Source: Acidovorax sp.
Lineage (GTDB): Bacteria > Pseudomonadota > Gammaproteobacteria > Burkholderiales > Burkholderiaceae_C
NCBI RefSeq assembly: GCF_016783915.1
Contig: NZ_JADHVT010000005.1
Location: forward strand, 8,315 to 72,314
Reading direction: 5' to 3'
DNA: 64,000 bases
The notes under the pieces were generated by a model that was not told where the DNA came from, did no database searches, and was given only the letters and a program-made list of their open reading frames with translations. Below, piece after piece: positions 29,309 through 42,014 of the stretch. Positions within the stretch are counted from its first letter, which is position 1. Each line of letters opens with the position of its first letter. Made by a program: the position numbers and the translations under genes.

Positions 29309-30784
29309 CTAACGGCTGTGTGCGAAGTCGTGCCCTCCACCGGGCAGGGTGCGTGACGGTTCCCACGCAGGGCGGTGGGTGTGTTCGCTCTGGTGGGCAG
29401 GGGCTGCTGCGCCCACGCCGTGCACCATGGCCGCATGGCGGGCGCGGGTGATGGGGTAGGCCATCAGCAGTGGAATCGCCAGCACCAGGCACAGCGCCGG
29501 CAGCAGCCCCGTCATGGCTGTGATGCCCTGCAGCGCCTGGGCAGACTGGGCCACGTTGGGCACATACCCGGTCAGCTCCAGCATACCGGCCACCAGCACC
29601 GTGGCCAGGGTGCGCGCGAGCTTGTCGACCAGTCCATACAGGCCGTAGTACATGCCGGTCTGGCGCTCGCCCGCCTGCATATGGCCGTGGTCGATGGTGT
29701 CGGGCACCATGGCAAACGGCACGATCCAGTGCGCGCCCATGCCAATGCCCACCACCACCAGGATGCCCGTCACCAGGGCCTGCTGGCCTGGGCCCACCCA
29801 GTACAGCGCCACCAGCCCTGCGCAGCAGAGCACCAGCCCGAGGATGTAGGCCCGGTTTTTCTCCCAGCGGTCCACCACACGCTTCCAGACGAACAGTGAC
29901 ACGCCCACCACCGCGAGCAGGATGCCCATGATGCGTGGCAGATCGCCCTTGTCGCCCTGCAGCTGGTAGATGACGAAATATGCGAGCGAGGCCTGCACCA
30001 GCGTGAGGCCCAGCCGGACCAGACCCGCAGCGCTCACCAGCATCACAAACGGGCGGTTGCGCAGCGTGGCCAGCAGGGTGCTGCGCACCGACACCCAGCC
30101 GGGTTCTGCCGCTGCGGTGGCTGCGGGCGGTGCGTTGACGGTGGTGGCGGGCTCGCGCACGCGCCAGGCCACTACCGCCACGGCCACCCCGGCGGCCAGC
30201 CCGAAACAGGCGCCTGCCAGTGCGTAGCCCGCGCGTGCATCCGGCGCGGCCCGCACCAGCAGAGGCATGAACACGCTGCCCGCAAAAAACCCCAGCAGGG
30301 CACCCATGGATGCAAAAGCCGTGAGGCTGGTGCGCTCGTCGTAGTCCTGTGTCATGTTGGCGGCCATGGCCTGGTAGGGCAGCTGCACCAGCGTCATCAC
30401 GGTGTCGAACAAGGTGTAGGTGACGGCAATCCACACAAACGCTGCCCAGGGGCTCAGGCCTGGCGGCACCATCCACACGGCGGCAGCCACCACCGCCAGG
30501 GGCAGGGCGCCGTAGATCAGGTACACGCGGTGGCGACCGTGGCGCGAGCGCGTGCGGTCGGTCAGCCAGCCAAACAGCGGGTCGTTGATGGTGTCCCACA
30601 CCTTGCCCACCAGCAGCGCTGCACCGGCCACGGCCGGAGGCACCAGGGCCACATCGGTATAGAAGATCATGAGCAGGAAGCTCATGGCTGCAATCAGCAT
30701 CTGCAGGCCGACATTGCCCACGGCGTAGCCGAGCTTGGTGCCCAGGCTGAGCGGAGCGGGCTGTATGTTCATGGGGGCTGTCAT
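29309..30784 (-). CDS. GPH-family (glycoside-pentoside-hexuronide) MFS symporter
   Basis: KLGYAVG, WDTINDPLFG-x-x-x-DRTRSRHGR, PYQAM and PDTID motifs. Confidence 0.88.
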   Translation of the reverse strand: MTAPMNIQPAPLSLGTKLGYAVGNVGLQMLIAAMSFLLMIFYTDVALVPPAVAGAALLVGKVWDTINDPLFGWLTDRTRSRHGRHRVYLIYGALPLAVVAAAVWMVPPGLSPWAAFVWIAVTYTLFDTVMTLVQLPYQAMAANMTQDYDERTSLTAFASMGALLGFFAGSVFMPLLVRAAPDARAGYALAGACFGLAAGVAVAVVAWRVREPATTVNAPPAATAAAEPGWVSVRSTLLATLRNRPFVMLVSAAGLVRLGLTLVQASLAYFVIYQLQGDKGDLPRIMGILLAVVGVSLFVWKRVVDRWEKNRAYILGLVLCCAGLVALYWVGPGQQALVTGILVVVGIGMGAHWIVPFAMVPDTIDHGHMQAGERQTGMYYGLYGLVDKLARTLATVLVAGMLELTGYVPNVAQSAQALQGITAMTGLLPALCLVLAIPLLMAYPITRARHAAMVHGVGAAAPAHQSEHTHRPAWEPSRTLPGGGHDFAHSR

Positions 30785-32499
30785 GGGTGTGCGGATGCCA
30801 TTGCTTCGGCCTGGGGAGCAGTCGCCATCGAGCCCGCCACAGGCTCTGCGCGCGCCGTGTGCGCCGCGCTGCTGCGCGGCGGCATGGCCTCCAGCATCAG
30901 GCGCACCTCGCGCCGCAGCATCTTGTTGAGGAAGCTGCGCGGAATCTCTGTGACCAGGCGCACATCGTCGGGCTGCATCTCAGGCGGCAGGTGTTGCACC
31001 AGAAACTCCGCCAGGTCGTGCTCCAGGGCCTGGGTGCCCCGGTCATTGCGCCAGCTTTGCCGCAGGCTGGCTACCAGCACGGCGGCGGCGCCGTGCTGCA
31101 CCAGGCAGGCTTCCTTGACGGCAGGATGGCAGTGCGCCACTTCCTCGATCTCGCGCGGGTTGAGTGCCTGGCCGTGGCGCACTACGCGGTCGGCGCTGCG
31201 ACCCAGCACATGCAGATAGCCGGCGGCGTCGAAATAGCCCAGGTCCCCCATCACTACCCAGCCGTCGCGCAGGGTTTCGCTGGTCTTTTCGGGGTCCAGC
31301 CAGTAGCCATCAAACCGCACCGGTGTCTGCACGGTGATCAGGCCCATCTGTCCCAGCGGCAGCGGCGCAAACTGCTCGTCGCGGATGACTACGTCCACGC
31401 CCGGCATCACCCGGCCCACGGTGGAGAGGATGTCGTTGCCCAGCGGGTTGCCTTGCGCGTCCACATGCTCTTGGGGCAGCAGCCAGGTGATGGGGGGCAG
31501 GGCCTCCAGGCAGCCGTAGCCCTGCTGGAAGATGGGGCCGAAGCGGCGGATGGCCTCGGCGATCTTGGGCGCGGGCATCATCTCCGAGCCGTAGGGCACA
31601 TGGGTCAGGGACGACAGGTCGTACTGGCCCAGCGTGGGCTCGTCCAGCAGGTCGATGATGGCCGAGGGCGACAGAAAAGCGCGCGACACGCGGTGCTTCT
31701 GGATCAGCCCGGCCAGCGTGGTGGCGCGGAAGTCCTCGGGCATCACCAGCGCCGCGCCCGCCAGCAGCGTGGGCAGCACCAGGCCCGAGCCCGGGCCGGT
31801 GAGCGGCAGGCCCAGCATGTTCACGTCCGGCCCGTTCGCTGGCGGCTTGAAGTCGATGGCGCGCGAGATCAGGCGCACGCTGTCCAGGTACTTGCGGTTG
31901 CTGTAGCCAATAGACTTGGGCAGGCCCGTGGTGCCTGAGGTCATGTGCAGCGCAAATACATCGTCCTCGTGCACATCGGTCGCACCAGCGGACGGGGTCT
32001 GCTGCGCCAGGGCGCGCTCGTATTCATCCCCCAGCGCCAGCATGCGCAGGCCGGGCAGCTGCTCGCGCACGGCCTGCACGATGGGCGCGCTCAGCAGCGG
32101 GTCATGGATGAAGACGGCGGGCTTGACGCGGCCCATGGTCGTGAGCGCTGCCTCGGCCGGCAGGTGCTTGTGGAAGCTGGCAAAGATGGTGCCGTTCTCG
32201 AAGGTGGCCAGCCGGGTTTCGTACTGCTCGCCGGTCTCGGGCAGCCAGGTGAAGACCACATCCCCTTTTTTTACGCCCTGGGCCTGCATCCAGGCTTGCA
32301 GGCGGTACACGCGATCCTGCAGCTGCGCGTAGGTGAGGGTGCCGCGCCGGTCGATGAGCGCGGGTTTATGGGGGTGCAGGCGGTACGCCAGACGGGCCAC
32401 GGAGCGCGCGGTGCGCAGGCGGCTGAGCAGAAAGCGCGCCAGCAGGCTGCGCAGGGATGGAAGGGCCACCAGAATCTCCCGAAGACGGCGTGAGTGCAA
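30781..32499 (-). CDS. Class I adenylate-forming enzyme (acyl-CoA ligase-like)
   Basis: TSGTTGLPK, QGYGCLE and MGDLGYFD motifs; 4-nt overlap with the transporter. Confidence 0.85.
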   Translation of the reverse strand: MHSRRLREILVALPSLRSLLARFLLSRLRTARSVARLAYRLHPHKPALIDRRGTLTYAQLQDRVYRLQAWMQAQGVKKGDVVFTWLPETGEQYETRLATFENGTIFASFHKHLPAEAALTTMGRVKPAVFIHDPLLSAPIVQAVREQLPGLRMLALGDEYERALAQQTPSAGATDVHEDDVFALHMTSGTTGLPKSIGYSNRKYLDSVRLISRAIDFKPPANGPDVNMLGLPLTGPGSGLVLPTLLAGAALVMPEDFRATTLAGLIQKHRVSRAFLSPSAIIDLLDEPTLGQYDLSSLTHVPYGSEMMPAPKIAEAIRRFGPIFQQGYGCLEALPPITWLLPQEHVDAQGNPLGNDILSTVGRVMPGVDVVIRDEQFAPLPLGQMGLITVQTPVRFDGYWLDPEKTSETLRDGWVVMGDLGYFDAAGYLHVLGRSADRVVRHGQALNPREIEEVAHCHPAVKEACLVQHGAAAVLVASLRQSWRNDRGTQALEHDLAEFLVQHLPPEMQPDDVRLVTEIPRSFLNKMLRREVRLMLEAMPPRSSAAHTARAEPVAGSMATAPQAEAMASAHP

Positions 32500-32764
32500 A
32501 GTCCAGGCAGTTTTTCACGCAAGGTCCGGGGGAAAGATCACCATTTGTATGTGTGCGTATCTTTTGGTTTCTGCGGCGGCTGCGCGGTCGTTCTGGGGCC
32601 TTGAACGGCCGTTGCGCTCGCTTGCAGCGTCGCCACGGCGCAACAGCCACGGTGGCTGCGCAAGGCCTGGGCAAATAAAAACCGCCAGGGCTGGATCGCA
32701 GCGGCTGGCGGTGGTGTGGCGGCCTGCCCCGGGTAAGGGGCGGGCCGGTGGGGCGGGCGAGGGC

Positions 32765-34072
32765 TTATGGATACAGGCCGCGCATTTCGCGGGCGTGCAG
32801 GATGCGCTGGCAGGCCACGATGAAGGTGGCGGTGCGCAGGCTCACCTTGTGCTCTTGCGCCACTTGCCAGATGCCCGCAAAGGCCTCCTGCATGATGCGC
32901 ACCAGGCGGGCGTTGATCTCGTCTTCGCTCCAGAAGAAGCTGGAAAAATCCTGCACCCATTCAAAGTAGCTCACCGTCACGCCGCCGGCGTTGGCGATCA
33001 CGTCGGGCAGCACCAGCACGCCCTTGTCGTGCAGGATGTCGTCGGCCTCGGTGGTCGTGGGGCCGTTGGCGCCTTCGATCACGAGCTTGGCCTTGATCTG
33101 GCCCGCGTTGTCCTTGGTGATCTGGCCTTCCAGCGCGGCAGGGATCAGGATCTCGCAGTCCACGCCCCAGAACTCTTCAGCCTTCATCACATCGGCGCCG
33201 GCAAAGCCGCCCACGCCGCCACGGGTCTTCACATGGGCCAGCAGCGCGGGCACATCCACGCCCTTGCTGTTGAAGATGGTGCCGGTGTGGTCTTGCACCG
33301 CCACCACCTTGGCGCCCGCTTCGGCAAACAGCTTGGCGGCAATGCCACCCACATTGCCAAAGCCCTGCACGGCCACGCGGGCACCGTCCAGTGCCAGGCC
33401 GGTCAGCTTGGCGGCTTCCACTCCCACGGTGTACACGCCGCGGCCGGTGGCCTCGACACGGCCCAGCGAGCCGCCCAGGTCCACGGGCTTGCCGGTGACC
33501 ACGCCGGTGGCGGTGGCGCCGGTGTTCATCGAATATGTGTCCATCATCCAGGCCATGATCTGGCCGTTGGTGTTCACATCAGGCGCAGGAATGTCTTTGG
33601 ACGGGCCGATCAGCAGGCCGATCTCGCTGGTGTAGCGGCGCGTCAGGCGCTCCAGCTCACCCATTGACAGCTTCTTGGGGTCCACGCGGATGCCGCCTTT
33701 GGCACCGCCGTAGGGCACGTTCACCGCCGCGTTCTTCACCGACATCCAGGCCGACAGGGCCATCACTTCGGACAGCGTCACGTCCTGGTGGAAGCGCACG
33801 CCGCCCTTGCCGGGGCCACGGCTCAGGTTGTGCTGCACGCGGTAGCCTTCGTAGTGGGCGATGGTGCCGTTGTCCAGCTCAATCGGCACGTCCACGATCA
33901 GGATGCGCTTGGGGCGCTTGAGTGTTTCCACCCAACGCGCCAGGCTGCCCAGGTACGGGGTGACGCGGTCCACCTGCTGCAGGTAGTTGCCCCAGGGGCC
34001 GAGGTGGTCGGCCTGCAGGTACGAGGGCACGGGGTGGGATTGTGCGGCAGGGGCGCCGACGGGTTGCGACAT
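32765..34072 (-). CDS. gdhA: Glu/Leu/Phe/Val dehydrogenase (glutamate dehydrogenase)
   Basis: GPGKGG, GGAKGG, PAPDVNT, GGSLGR-x-EATGRG, QGFGNVG and ANAGGV. Confidence 0.93.
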   Translation of the reverse strand: MSQPVGAPAAQSHPVPSYLQADHLGPWGNYLQQVDRVTPYLGSLARWVETLKRPKRILIVDVPIELDNGTIAHYEGYRVQHNLSRGPGKGGVRFHQDVTLSEVMALSAWMSVKNAAVNVPYGGAKGGIRVDPKKLSMGELERLTRRYTSEIGLLIGPSKDIPAPDVNTNGQIMAWMMDTYSMNTGATATGVVTGKPVDLGGSLGRVEATGRGVYTVGVEAAKLTGLALDGARVAVQGFGNVGGIAAKLFAEAGAKVVAVQDHTGTIFNSKGVDVPALLAHVKTRGGVGGFAGADVMKAEEFWGVDCEILIPAALEGQITKDNAGQIKAKLVIEGANGPTTTEADDILHDKGVLVLPDVIANAGGVTVSYFEWVQDFSSFFWSEDEINARLVRIMQEAFAGIWQVAQEHKVSLRTATFIVACQRILHAREMRGLYP

Positions 34073-34156
34073 GGTGAATTTCCTTGTGGGATCAGTTCAG
34101 GCTGCGAAGCTTATGCCTCGCCTGAGGCACTGTCCAAGGCCAGTGTGTTTGTGGGT

Positions 34157-34175
34157 TATGCATTGAATGCATAAC
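34157..34175. promoter_or_regulatory. Palindrome upstream of gdhA (putative LysR-type operator)
   Basis: TTATGCAT-TGA-ATGCATAA (ATGC-N7-GCAT). Confidence 0.45.
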
Positions 34176-34219
34176 TTGGCGAAACCCCGGAAATGCTGCA
34201 TTGCCGCATCGCCGCAGTG

Positions 34220-35119
34220 CTATTCCACTGTGAAGTGCTCGAGCTCAGCGTCCCCCGTGGGATAGCGCAGATCCAGATTGCGCAGCACCTCGCGCAGCAG
34301 CGTGGCCACCATCAGGTTGCGGTGGGTTTTGGAGTCGGCCGGCACGATGGTCCATGGCGCCCAAGGCGTGTGCGTGGCGGCCAACAGGGTGTTGTAGGCC
34401 TTGCGATAGTCGGCCCACTGCTTGCGCACTTCGATGTCTCCCATGCTGAACTTCCAGTGCTTGGCCGGGTCGTCGAGCCGCTCCTGCAGGCGTTCGCGTT
34501 GCTCCTCGGGGCTGATGTGCAGCAGAAATTTCAGCACGATGGTGCCTGTTTCGCTGAGCATGCGCTCGAAGTCGTTGATGTGGGCGAGGCGCTGAAGCTG
34601 CTGTTCGGGCGTGATCCAGCCGTTGACCACCGGCACCAGCACATCCTCATAGTGGCTGCGGTTGAACACCGTGATGTCGCCTGCTTGCGGCATCTGCTGG
34701 TGAATGCGCCACAGGTAGTCGTGCGCCAGTTCGGTCTCGGTGGGTGCCTTCCAGCCCACGGCGTGCACGCCCAGTGCACTCATGCGGCCAAACACGCCCC
34801 GGATGGTGCCGTCCTTGCCCGAGGTGTCAGTGCCCTGCAGCACCACCAGCAGCTTGTAGCGCTTGTCCGCGTAGAACAGGTTCTGCAGCGCATCCAGCTC
34901 AGTGGCCAAGGCCTCGACCGCTGCCTTGTCAGCGGCCTTGTTGCCCGCTGAAAGCGGCTTGTCCCCAGGACTGAAGTGGTCCAGCGTGGGCGCTTTGCCT
35001 GCGCCCTGGCCAGGCAGGCGGGGCGGGCCCGGCTGCCACTGGGCCCAGAGCTCGGCCAGGGCTTTGTCGCTGGCCTGAAAAACGGGGGAGGTCTGAACGC
35101 TGGGCAGGTTGTTGGGCAT
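34220..35119 (-). CDS. ppk2: PPK2-family polyphosphate:nucleotide phosphotransferase
   Basis: LQGTDTSGKDG Walker A, HDYLWR, FNRSHYE and KHWKF motifs. Confidence 0.9.
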   Translation of the reverse strand: MPNNLPSVQTSPVFQASDKALAELWAQWQPGPPRLPGQGAGKAPTLDHFSPGDKPLSAGNKAADKAAVEALATELDALQNLFYADKRYKLLVVLQGTDTSGKDGTIRGVFGRMSALGVHAVGWKAPTETELAHDYLWRIHQQMPQAGDITVFNRSHYEDVLVPVVNGWITPEQQLQRLAHINDFERMLSETGTIVLKFLLHISPEEQRERLQERLDDPAKHWKFSMGDIEVRKQWADYRKAYNTLLAATHTPWAPWTIVPADSKTHRNLMVATLLREVLRNLDLRYPTGDAELEHFTVE

Positions 35120-35171
35120 GTAGGGCTCCTTGGGCTGGTGTCGGTGTTTGGTTCGCTGAGCGTAACGTGGC

Positions 35172-35310
35172 TCAGCGAACCCCATGCGCCACACGGTAGG
35201 CCCGCGGCGTTTGTCCCGTGACCAGGCGGAACGCGCGGTGCAGTCCGGCCTCGCTGGCAAAGCCCAGGTCCTCGGCAATGCGCTTGAGCCCCACCACCCG
35301 TGCCCAGGTG
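35172..35310 (-). pseudogene. Remnant C-terminal HTH of an AraC-family regulator
   Basis: GLKRIAEDLGFASEAGLHRAFRLVTGQTPRAYR is an AraC second-HTH signature. There is no room or homology for the rest of the gene. Confidence 0.7.
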
Positions 35311-35405
35311 CGCGCCCTGGCAGCGCGCGGTGGGTGGGTGCACCGCCTGTGGGTACCACAAGATGGCAAGTGCCGGGACTATCGGAAGCCAGCGGTCGAG
35401 GATGA

Positions 35406-35467
35406 TGCTATGAATTTGATAGCTTTTACGACATGATCGACTAGCGCTATCGCCCGGAAATGGTCCA
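35406..35467. repeat. ~62-bp palindromic repeat, copy just after LysR stop
   Basis: TGCTATGAATTTGATAGCTTTTACGACATGATCGACTAGCGCTATCGCC; its distal arm matches the 43186 copy. Confidence 0.75.
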
Positions 35468-35469
35468 TA

Positions 35470-36411
35470 TCACGCCAGGTCAGCCTGCAGTGCCCGGTTG
35501 TCGCGCATCAGCGCCACAAAACGGGCAGCGCCCAGGCCCAGAGGTCGCTCCTTGGACCACACCACATCCACCCACAGCGCGGTGCCGTTGCTCAGGTTCT
35601 CAAACGGCATTTCCACCAGCCTCCCTGCCTCGATGCGCGACTGCACCAGCGCGCGCGGCTGCCAGCCCCAGCCCAGGCCGGCCTCGATCAGTCCCAACGC
35701 GGCCAGGTGGTTGTCGGTGCGCCAGTGGTGGCGGGCAAACACAAAACGCGGGTCGGTCTGTGCCAGGTCGCGGCTGGCCACCACAATCTGGCGCGTCGTG
35801 GTCAGGTGCTCCTCGCGCAGCATGGCGTCCTCGGGCGGTGCACCGCGCGCCTGGACGGCGCTGCGGGCAGCGACCAGCACCGGGTGCTGCGGCGCCATCA
35901 CCGCCACCAGTGTTTCGGTGGCCACTTCCTGAAAACCTTCGCGCCCATCGATGCTGGGCCGCTCGAACACCAGCGCCAGCTGTGCGCGGCCGCTGTGCAG
36001 CAGCGCCAGCGCATCCACCTGAGGGGCGGCCAGCACCTCAATCTGCAGCAGTGGGTGCTCCTGCGCCAGTGCCGCCAGCGCCTCCGTCCAGCGCGAGGCC
36101 AGCAGCTCGGGGGCAATCGCCAGGGTCAGCCGCTCCTCCAGCCCCTGCGTGAGCGCCAGCGCCTGGGCATTGAGCTGCTGCAGTTGCCCCGCCAGCAGCC
36201 GGGCCTGGGGCTCCAGCGCGCGGGCGGCTGCGGTCGGCCGGGGCTCGCGCCCGCTGCGGTCAAACAGCTGTACATCCAGCTCGGCCTCCAGGTGCGCAAT
36301 GGTCATGCTCACCGCCGACGGCACACGCGACAAGGCCCGCGCGGCGGCCGAGAACGAGCCGTGGTCCAGCGCCGCCAGAAACACCTGCACGCTATCGGAC
36401 GAAAAGGCCAT
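35470..36411 (-). CDS. LysR-family regulator (divergent from PACE transporter, AceR-like position)
   Basis: GSFSAAARALSRVPSAVSMTIAHLEAELDVQLFDR. Confidence 0.92.
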   Translation of the reverse strand: MAFSSDSVQVFLAALDHGSFSAAARALSRVPSAVSMTIAHLEAELDVQLFDRSGREPRPTAAARALEPQARLLAGQLQQLNAQALALTQGLEERLTLAIAPELLASRWTEALAALAQEHPLLQIEVLAAPQVDALALLHSGRAQLALVFERPSIDGREGFQEVATETLVAVMAPQHPVLVAARSAVQARGAPPEDAMLREEHLTTTRQIVVASRDLAQTDPRFVFARHHWRTDNHLAALGLIEAGLGWGWQPRALVQSRIEAGRLVEMPFENLSNGTALWVDVVWSKERPLGLGAARFVALMRDNRALQADLA

Positions 36412-36483
36412 GGGGGTCTATCTATCAGTAAATCTGAAATAAGCTGACTTTATATATCAGCATGACGCACATAAAGTAGCTCC

Positions 36484-36948
36484 ATGAATGTTTCTTCGAC
36501 TTCTTCCGCGCCTGGCCTGCAGGGCGTTCGCCGCCGTGTGCTGTATGTCACCTTGTACGAGCTGATCGCCATCGTGGTGGCCACCTTCGGGCTGGCGGTG
36601 CTCACCGGCCAGAGCGCGGCGCACTCCGGTGTGGCGTCGGTTGCGGCCTCGGTCATCGCCGTGGCGTGGAACCTGCTGTTCAACTGGGTTTTCGAGCGCT
36701 GGGAGGCCCGCCAGGCCGTGCGGGGCCGCACGGTATGGCGCCGCATGGCCCATGCAGTGGGGTTTGAGGGGGGGCTGGTCTTTACCCTGGTGCCGCTGTT
36801 TGCCTGGTGGTTTGATGTGACCTTGTGGCAGGCCTTCGTGATGGACCTGGCGCTCATCGTGTTTTTCCTCGTTTACACCTTTGTCTTCAACTGGGGGTTC
36901 GACCGGGTATTTGGCCTGCCTGCGTCGGCGCAGCCTGCCGCTGCCTAA
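36484..36948 (+). CDS. PACE-family (AceI-like) efflux transporter
   Basis: RRVLYVTLYE, WNLLFNWVFE, RRMAHAVGFEGG and YTFVFNWGFD. Confidence 0.92.
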   Translation: MNVSSTSSAPGLQGVRRRVLYVTLYELIAIVVATFGLAVLTGQSAAHSGVASVAASVIAVAWNLLFNWVFERWEARQAVRGRTVWRRMAHAVGFEGGLVFTLVPLFAWWFDVTLWQAFVMDLALIVFFLVYTFVFNWGFDRVFGLPASAQPAAA

Positions 36949-36979
36949 GCTGCTGGCACGTCAGCCGCTAAAATCACAG

Positions 36980-37090
36980 GCTGTCCAAGGAGCGTTGCAG
37001 CGGCCCATCCCTTTCCTCTCGGGGGCGGTCGTCAGGCTTGGGCACGCGGGGCCTGCGCAAGGCCCCAGCCACCACCGCAACGACGCTCAC
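36980..37090 (+). ncRNA. SAH (S-adenosylhomocysteine) riboswitch
   Basis: P1 GTCCAAG/CTTGGGC, conserved GAGGAGCGTTGC and CAGGC, pseudoknot partner GCAACGACGCTC; upstream of metH. Confidence 0.88.
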
Positions 37091-37124
37091 CTGTTTTTCT
37101 GCTGCCCCTGCACAGGTGAGTCCT

Positions 37125-39869
<2,745 letters not shown>

Positions 39870-40003
39870 CGCTGCGCGTGCGACGGCCATGGACAGTTGC
39901 GTACAGAGACAGCGTCGATCGGTCGGGCGGTTAGCAGGCGTGTGGTTGCGCTGTGACGCGGGCGGTGCAGCCGCCGTCGCTTCCTTCTAGCCTGCACGTA
40001 TCC

Positions 40004-41188
40004 ATGGTCGCTACCGTTGTCCTGGGCATGCTCTGCGTGCACCTTCTTTGCTTCAGCGGGATGTTCGTGCTGATCAGCACCCGGCTGCGTGGCAAGAAGA
40101 TGGGCACCGATGTCTTTGCCCTCGGTAGCCTTTTGCTGGGGATCGCCTACGTGTTGCAGCTTCTGGGTGGCGCTGCCCACTGGGGGGTGATGAGTGTCAT
40201 CAACCATACCCTGACGCTTTGCGCCCCCGTGGCCTATGGGCTGGGTGCAGCCCGGTTTTTTGATCGGCCTGTCCCCGTGGCACGTCCCCTGCTCGCCTTG
40301 GCCGGAGGCTACACCGCCGCGCAGTGGCTGGTGCACGCGGTGCTGGGGTCAGAGGCCCGTTATGCGCTGCTGGCCGCTGCGTGCGCTGTGCTCTTTGTGG
40401 CCATGGCAGTGGTTTTGCTCTATGGCACCCGCACCTTCGCCCGGCATCTGCGTGCAGAGATGGCAGTGTTTGCGATCCTGATCGGCGGCCTGGGTGCCAT
40501 GAACGCTGCGAAGCTTGTGATGGTTCTTTCGGGGGGCCTGGAGAGCCTCGATATGGGCACCCCCTTCCAGACGGCGTTTTACATTTACATGTCGTTCCTG
40601 GGGACGGTGCTCCCCCCGGCGGTGGTATGGCTCGTCCTGCACCGCCTGACGGATGATCTGCACGTGATGGCTGCGCACGACCCGCTCACCGGGCTTTTGA
40701 ACCGGCGTGGCCTGATGGATGCGCTGGAGGCGCATTTCCGCTCGCGCCCAGCCGCGACGGCGCATTTGCTGATCGTGGACGTCGATCACTTCAAGCGCAT
40801 CAACGACACCTATGGTCACAAGGTGGGCGATCTCGTCCTGGGCGGTGTGGCCGAGGTCCTTCGACACACGGCTCGCCAGGGCGATCTGGTCTGCAGGTTG
40901 GGCGGCGAGGAGTTCGTGGTCATCGCCTTCGATACGGACGGCACCGGAGCCATGCAACTGGCAGAGCGGGTGCGCGATGCGATTGAATGCAGCCAGGTGT
41001 CTGATGGCCATGCGCACGAGGCCATCCGGTGCACGGCCACCCTCGGCGTTTCAGAGCGCTTTGCCAGTGCAGAAGCGCTGGACGAGAGGCTGCAACAGGC
41101 CGATGCGGCGCTGTACCGGGGCAAGATGTCGGGCCGCAATCGCGTAGAGTGCGCACCGGCATTGCAGGCCCAGGGGTTGCCCGCCTGA
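40004..41188 (+). CDS. Membrane-bound diguanylate cyclase (GGDEF)
   Basis: About 7 TM helices, HDPLTGLLNRR, DVDHFK, RQGD I-site and GGEEF. Confidence 0.92.
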   Translation: MVATVVLGMLCVHLLCFSGMFVLISTRLRGKKMGTDVFALGSLLLGIAYVLQLLGGAAHWGVMSVINHTLTLCAPVAYGLGAARFFDRPVPVARPLLALAGGYTAAQWLVHAVLGSEARYALLAAACAVLFVAMAVVLLYGTRTFARHLRAEMAVFAILIGGLGAMNAAKLVMVLSGGLESLDMGTPFQTAFYIYMSFLGTVLPPAVVWLVLHRLTDDLHVMAAHDPLTGLLNRRGLMDALEAHFRSRPAATAHLLIVDVDHFKRINDTYGHKVGDLVLGGVAEVLRHTARQGDLVCRLGGEEFVVIAFDTDGTGAMQLAERVRDAIECSQVSDGHAHEAIRCTATLGVSERFASAEALDERLQQADAALYRGKMSGRNRVECAPALQAQGLPA

Positions 41189-41215
41189 CGGGCTGCGCGA
41201 GCCCAGCAAGAATCT

Positions 41216-41770
41216 TCAGGTGGGGGTGTTTGGCATGTCGGAGACCCCCGCACTCTCCGCCATTTCCAACTGCATCATCACCATGTTGACCAGCGTGTGC
41301 ACCGACGGCCGCCCGGTCTCGATGACGTAGTGGGCGGTCTCGCGGTACAGGTGGTCGCGCTGGGCGTAGAGGTCGCGCAGCTTGTCCATGGGGTTGCCGC
41401 CTTGCAGCAGGGGGCGGGTCTTGTCGTGTTTGACGCGCTTGAAGATTTCTTCGGGCGACGCGCGCAGGTACAGCACATTGCCGAACTGGCGCAGCACCTC
41501 GCGGTTCTCGGGGCGCAGCACGGCGCCGCCGCCGGTGGACAGGACCATGCCGCCGGGCTGGCGGGCCACGTCGGCCAGCACCTGGGATTCGATGTCGCGA
41601 AAGCGCGCTTCGCCCTCGGCCTCGAAGAAGCTGCGGATGGTGGTGCCCAGGGTCTGTTCCAGCCGGTGGTCCAGGTCGATAAAAGGCACACCCGCCCGGT
41701 GGGCCAGTTGCCGGCCAACGGTGGATTTGCCCGAGCCGGGCATGCCGACCAGTGCGCAGCGAATCTGCAT
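41216..41770 (-). CDS. aroK: Shikimate kinase
   Basis: GMPGSGKSTVG, GEARFRDIE, STGGGAV and RPLL. Confidence 0.93.
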   Translation of the reverse strand: MQIRCALVGMPGSGKSTVGRQLAHRAGVPFIDLDHRLEQTLGTTIRSFFEAEGEARFRDIESQVLADVARQPGGMVLSTGGGAVLRPENREVLRQFGNVLYLRASPEEIFKRVKHDKTRPLLQGGNPMDKLRDLYAQRDHLYRETAHYVIETGRPSVHTLVNMVMMQLEMAESAGVSDMPNTPT

Positions 41771-41909
41771 AGGTTCAAGAAAGAGGTCTGGGGGACGGGC
41801 TTGCCAGCAGGTATGGGAGGCCGCTGCGTGCCGTGACTGGACGCTGAGTGTAAGCCTGCCCCTCTGGCGCCGGGCGTAGAGCGTAGCCTTTGCAACTGGC
41901 GCCGCCCCC

Positions 41910-42010
41910 GCCAGGGACGCCGAGCAAGGGCCGCCCCGCAGCGAGGGCGTCGTCCCCCCGCCCGCGCGCAGCGCGAGAGCGGGGGGAAGCGGCAAAGCCG
42001 CTCAGGGGGG
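41910..42010. repeat. ~100-bp GC-rich structured repeat, copy 1
   Basis: GCCAGGGACGCCGAGCAAGGGCCGCCCCGCAGCGAGGGCGTCGTCCCCC ... GGGGGGAAGC ... GCTCAGGGGGG, near-identical to 45045-45152. Confidence 0.9.
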
Positions 42011-42014
42011 CTAA

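Noticed and set aside
36949-37124. Cobalamin or SAM riboswitch ahead of metH
   Set aside because: The sequence fits the SAH riboswitch pairing and conserved nucleotides instead; no B12-box was seen.
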